Shown one piece after another: positions 15,165-16,241 of a stretch of 16,241 nt of DNA. The stretch lies in NCBI GenBank assembly GCA_045805065.1, contig JBJMMA010000077.1:1-16241 (forward strand), written 5' to 3'. The stretch is from Bdellovibrionia bacterium (GTDB lineage: Bacteria; Bdellovibrionota; UBA1018). Under the pieces are notes generated by a model. It ran no database searches and was not told where the DNA came from. It saw nothing but the letters and a program-made list of their open reading frames with translations. The position numbers were made by a program, and so were the translations under genes. Each line of letters opens with the position of its first letter. Position 1 is the first letter of the stretch.

Positions 15165-15815
15165 TCATGACCATCTCCGGATCAGGCCTGCCAGAATTCC
15201 TTCAATGCGAAAGCGCCTCTCAGGATCGACATGAATTGTTGGGTACGCAGGGTTGGCTGCATGCAATTCCACTTGTCCACCCTTGCGTTGATATCTTTTG
15301 ATCGTGGCCTCGTTATCGATCAGAGCAACCACCGTCTCACCATTCTCAGCTGAATCCTGCTTGCGGATGATGACGTAATCGCCATCGAGAATTCCATCTC
15401 CAATCATGGAGTCGCCTTGAACTTTCAGAATGAAGTGCTCACCGCTTTTCTTGAGAAGCGACATCGGCACATCCAGAAACTCGGGTGATTGAACGGCCTC
15501 AATGGGGCGCCCTGCTGCAACTTTGCCCAGAAGCGGAAGGGAGCGAATGTTGGGCTCTTCAGACAAAGCAGGCGCTGGAGCCGTAGGCTTTGCATTCTCT
15601 GGAGCGACACTCAATCCGCGACGCGCGTTCCATTCCTTCTTCAAGAACCCAAGCTCTCCGAGCTGATTGAGGTAATGCTGAACCGTTCCCAGCGAGCTGA
15701 AACCAAACTTGGCTGCGATTTCTTTTTGAGAAGGCGCATAGCCCTTTTCGGCCTGATGAGCCTGGATGAACTCCAGAACCTGCTTTTGCTTGGGTGTTAG
15801 GAACTTGCTCGTCAT
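15165..15815 (-). CDS. lexA: SOS repressor LexA
   Basis: 'LTPKQKQVLEFI....GYAPS..EIA..FG..S...V' wHTH; Ala-Gly cleavage site in 'LLGKVAAGRPI'; catalytic Ser in 'V.GDSM...GI.DGD' and Lys in 'EATIKR'; 'L.AANP.Y'. SD GAGGAG upstream. Confidence 0.97.
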   Translation of the reverse strand: MTSKFLTPKQKQVLEFIQAHQAEKGYAPSQKEIAAKFGFSSLGTVQHYLNQLGELGFLKKEWNARRGLSVAPENAKPTAPAPALSEEPNIRSLPLLGKVAAGRPIEAVQSPEFLDVPMSLLKKSGEHFILKVQGDSMIGDGILDGDYVIIRKQDSAENGETVVALIDNEATIKRYQRKGGQVELHAANPAYPTIHVDPERRFRIEGILAGLIRRWS

Positions 15816-15829
15816 GTTTAACTCCTCAG

Positions 15830-15873
15830 TTCGTATCTTCTTCGTATGTTAGTCGTAAGTTATTCGTAGGTCA
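15830..15873. promoter_or_regulatory. Four 11-bp direct repeats over the lexA promoter; candidate LexA operator
   Basis: Plus strand: ttcgtatcttc / ttcgtatgtta / gtcgtaagtta / ttcgtaggtca. The repeats are seen directly; operator function is inferred from LexA autoregulation. Confidence 0.65.
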
Positions 15874-15874
15874 A
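15846..15874 (-). promoter_or_regulatory. Sigma70-type promoter of the lexA-imuA-imuB-dnaE2 operon
   Basis: Minus strand reads TTGACC (15874-15869), 17 nt, TAACAT (15851-15846), about 30 nt upstream of the lexA ATG. Confidence 0.75.
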
Positions 15875-15992
15875 TACCGAGCGACTACGAATTTTCAAAA
15901 TTTTGAAGATTTCATCAACTTGGACCGTCAAAGACAAACTAATTCACTCCGATATAGAAATAGTGAGAAATTTAGCATCTCGAACCTTCATA

Positions 15993-16118
15993 GCTTTGAT
16001 CCTGAGCGCGCTTGCGACTGGCCCATCGCGCGTCACCGGCATTCTCCAGTCCGCGGATGTGCATTCCACCGCAGGGGTGCTGCGCGCACTCGGCGTCGCT
16101 GTTCCGGAGCTCTCCTCC
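15993..16118 (+). pseudogene. aroA: aroA (EPSP synthase) N-terminal fragment, high GC
   Basis: ALILSALATGPSRVTGILQSADVHSTAGVLRALGV matches the AroA pattern (HR)ALILAALA.G.S.I..LL.S.D...T...LRALGV. The upstream PGDKSISHR motif is missing and the frame stops at 16125-16127. Confidence 0.7.
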
Positions 16119-16240
16119 GTGTCGTAGTTGGGCCCGCAGCCACTCGGATAATCCGTGCGAGCGGTGCGCGAGTAGGTCGCCTGGGCGGGATAAACGTTGT
16201 CGACGTTCGGCGGTCCGGTCAGCGTGTAGCCGATCCGGTG
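16119..16240 (-). other. Internal fragment of an unidentified high-GC coding sequence (HRIGYTLTGPPNVDNVYPAQATYSRTARTDYPSGCGPNYD...)
   Basis: A minus-strand frame is open from the window edge (16240) with mostly G/C-ending codons. It formally stays open to TGA at 15944 by reading antisense through the aroA piece. Confidence 0.4.
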
Positions 16241-16241
16241 A

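Noticed and set aside
14776..15174. 132-aa alternative minus-strand ORF overlapping imuA
   Set aside because: No motifs; the overlapping frame carries all the ImuA signatures.
15830..15873. CRISPR or iteron interpretation of the short repeats (also 3101 and 8907)
   Set aside because: Units are 11-13 bp and contiguous with no unique spacers; no cas or rep gene in the window.
15903..16127. 74-aa ORF as a genuine gene
   Set aside because: It spans a sharp compositional junction: AT-rich non-coding-like 5' part joined to an aroA fragment; TTG start without SD.

Overview
Bacterial chromosomal window, roughly 50% GC by eye. The gene content suggests a Bdellovibrionota-like organism (inference from the STAS-CheX fusion and the lexA-led mutagenesis cassette). 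Left to right: the 3' end of an HdeD/DUF308-like membrane gene; a secreted low-complexity cupredoxin with an intact type-1 Cu site plus a terminator; an azurin/auracyanin-like protein whose Cys/His/Met copper ligands are all replaced; STAS-CheX; a lipoprotein M3 (thimet-like) oligopeptidase; a Tat-exported molybdopterin oxidoreductase coupled to a cytochrome b; a CPA2 antiporter with two RCK_C domains; an unknown lipoprotein; and a complete minus-strand lexA-imuA-imuB-dnaE2 cassette. Most notable: (1) the lexA promoter is built from four phased 11-bp direct repeats (core TACGA) plus one inverted copy, a candidate new direct-repeat LexA operator; (2) DnaE2 carries a perfect QLSLF clamp-binding motif and lacks the usual C-terminal RDF motif; (3) the copper-less azurin; (4) short tandem triplications starting at stop codons; (5) the last ~250 bp are high-GC fragments (an aroA piece and an unrelated minus-strand gene piece), suggesting a chimeric contig end or foreign DNA. 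All calls come from motif recognition; no database searches were run.
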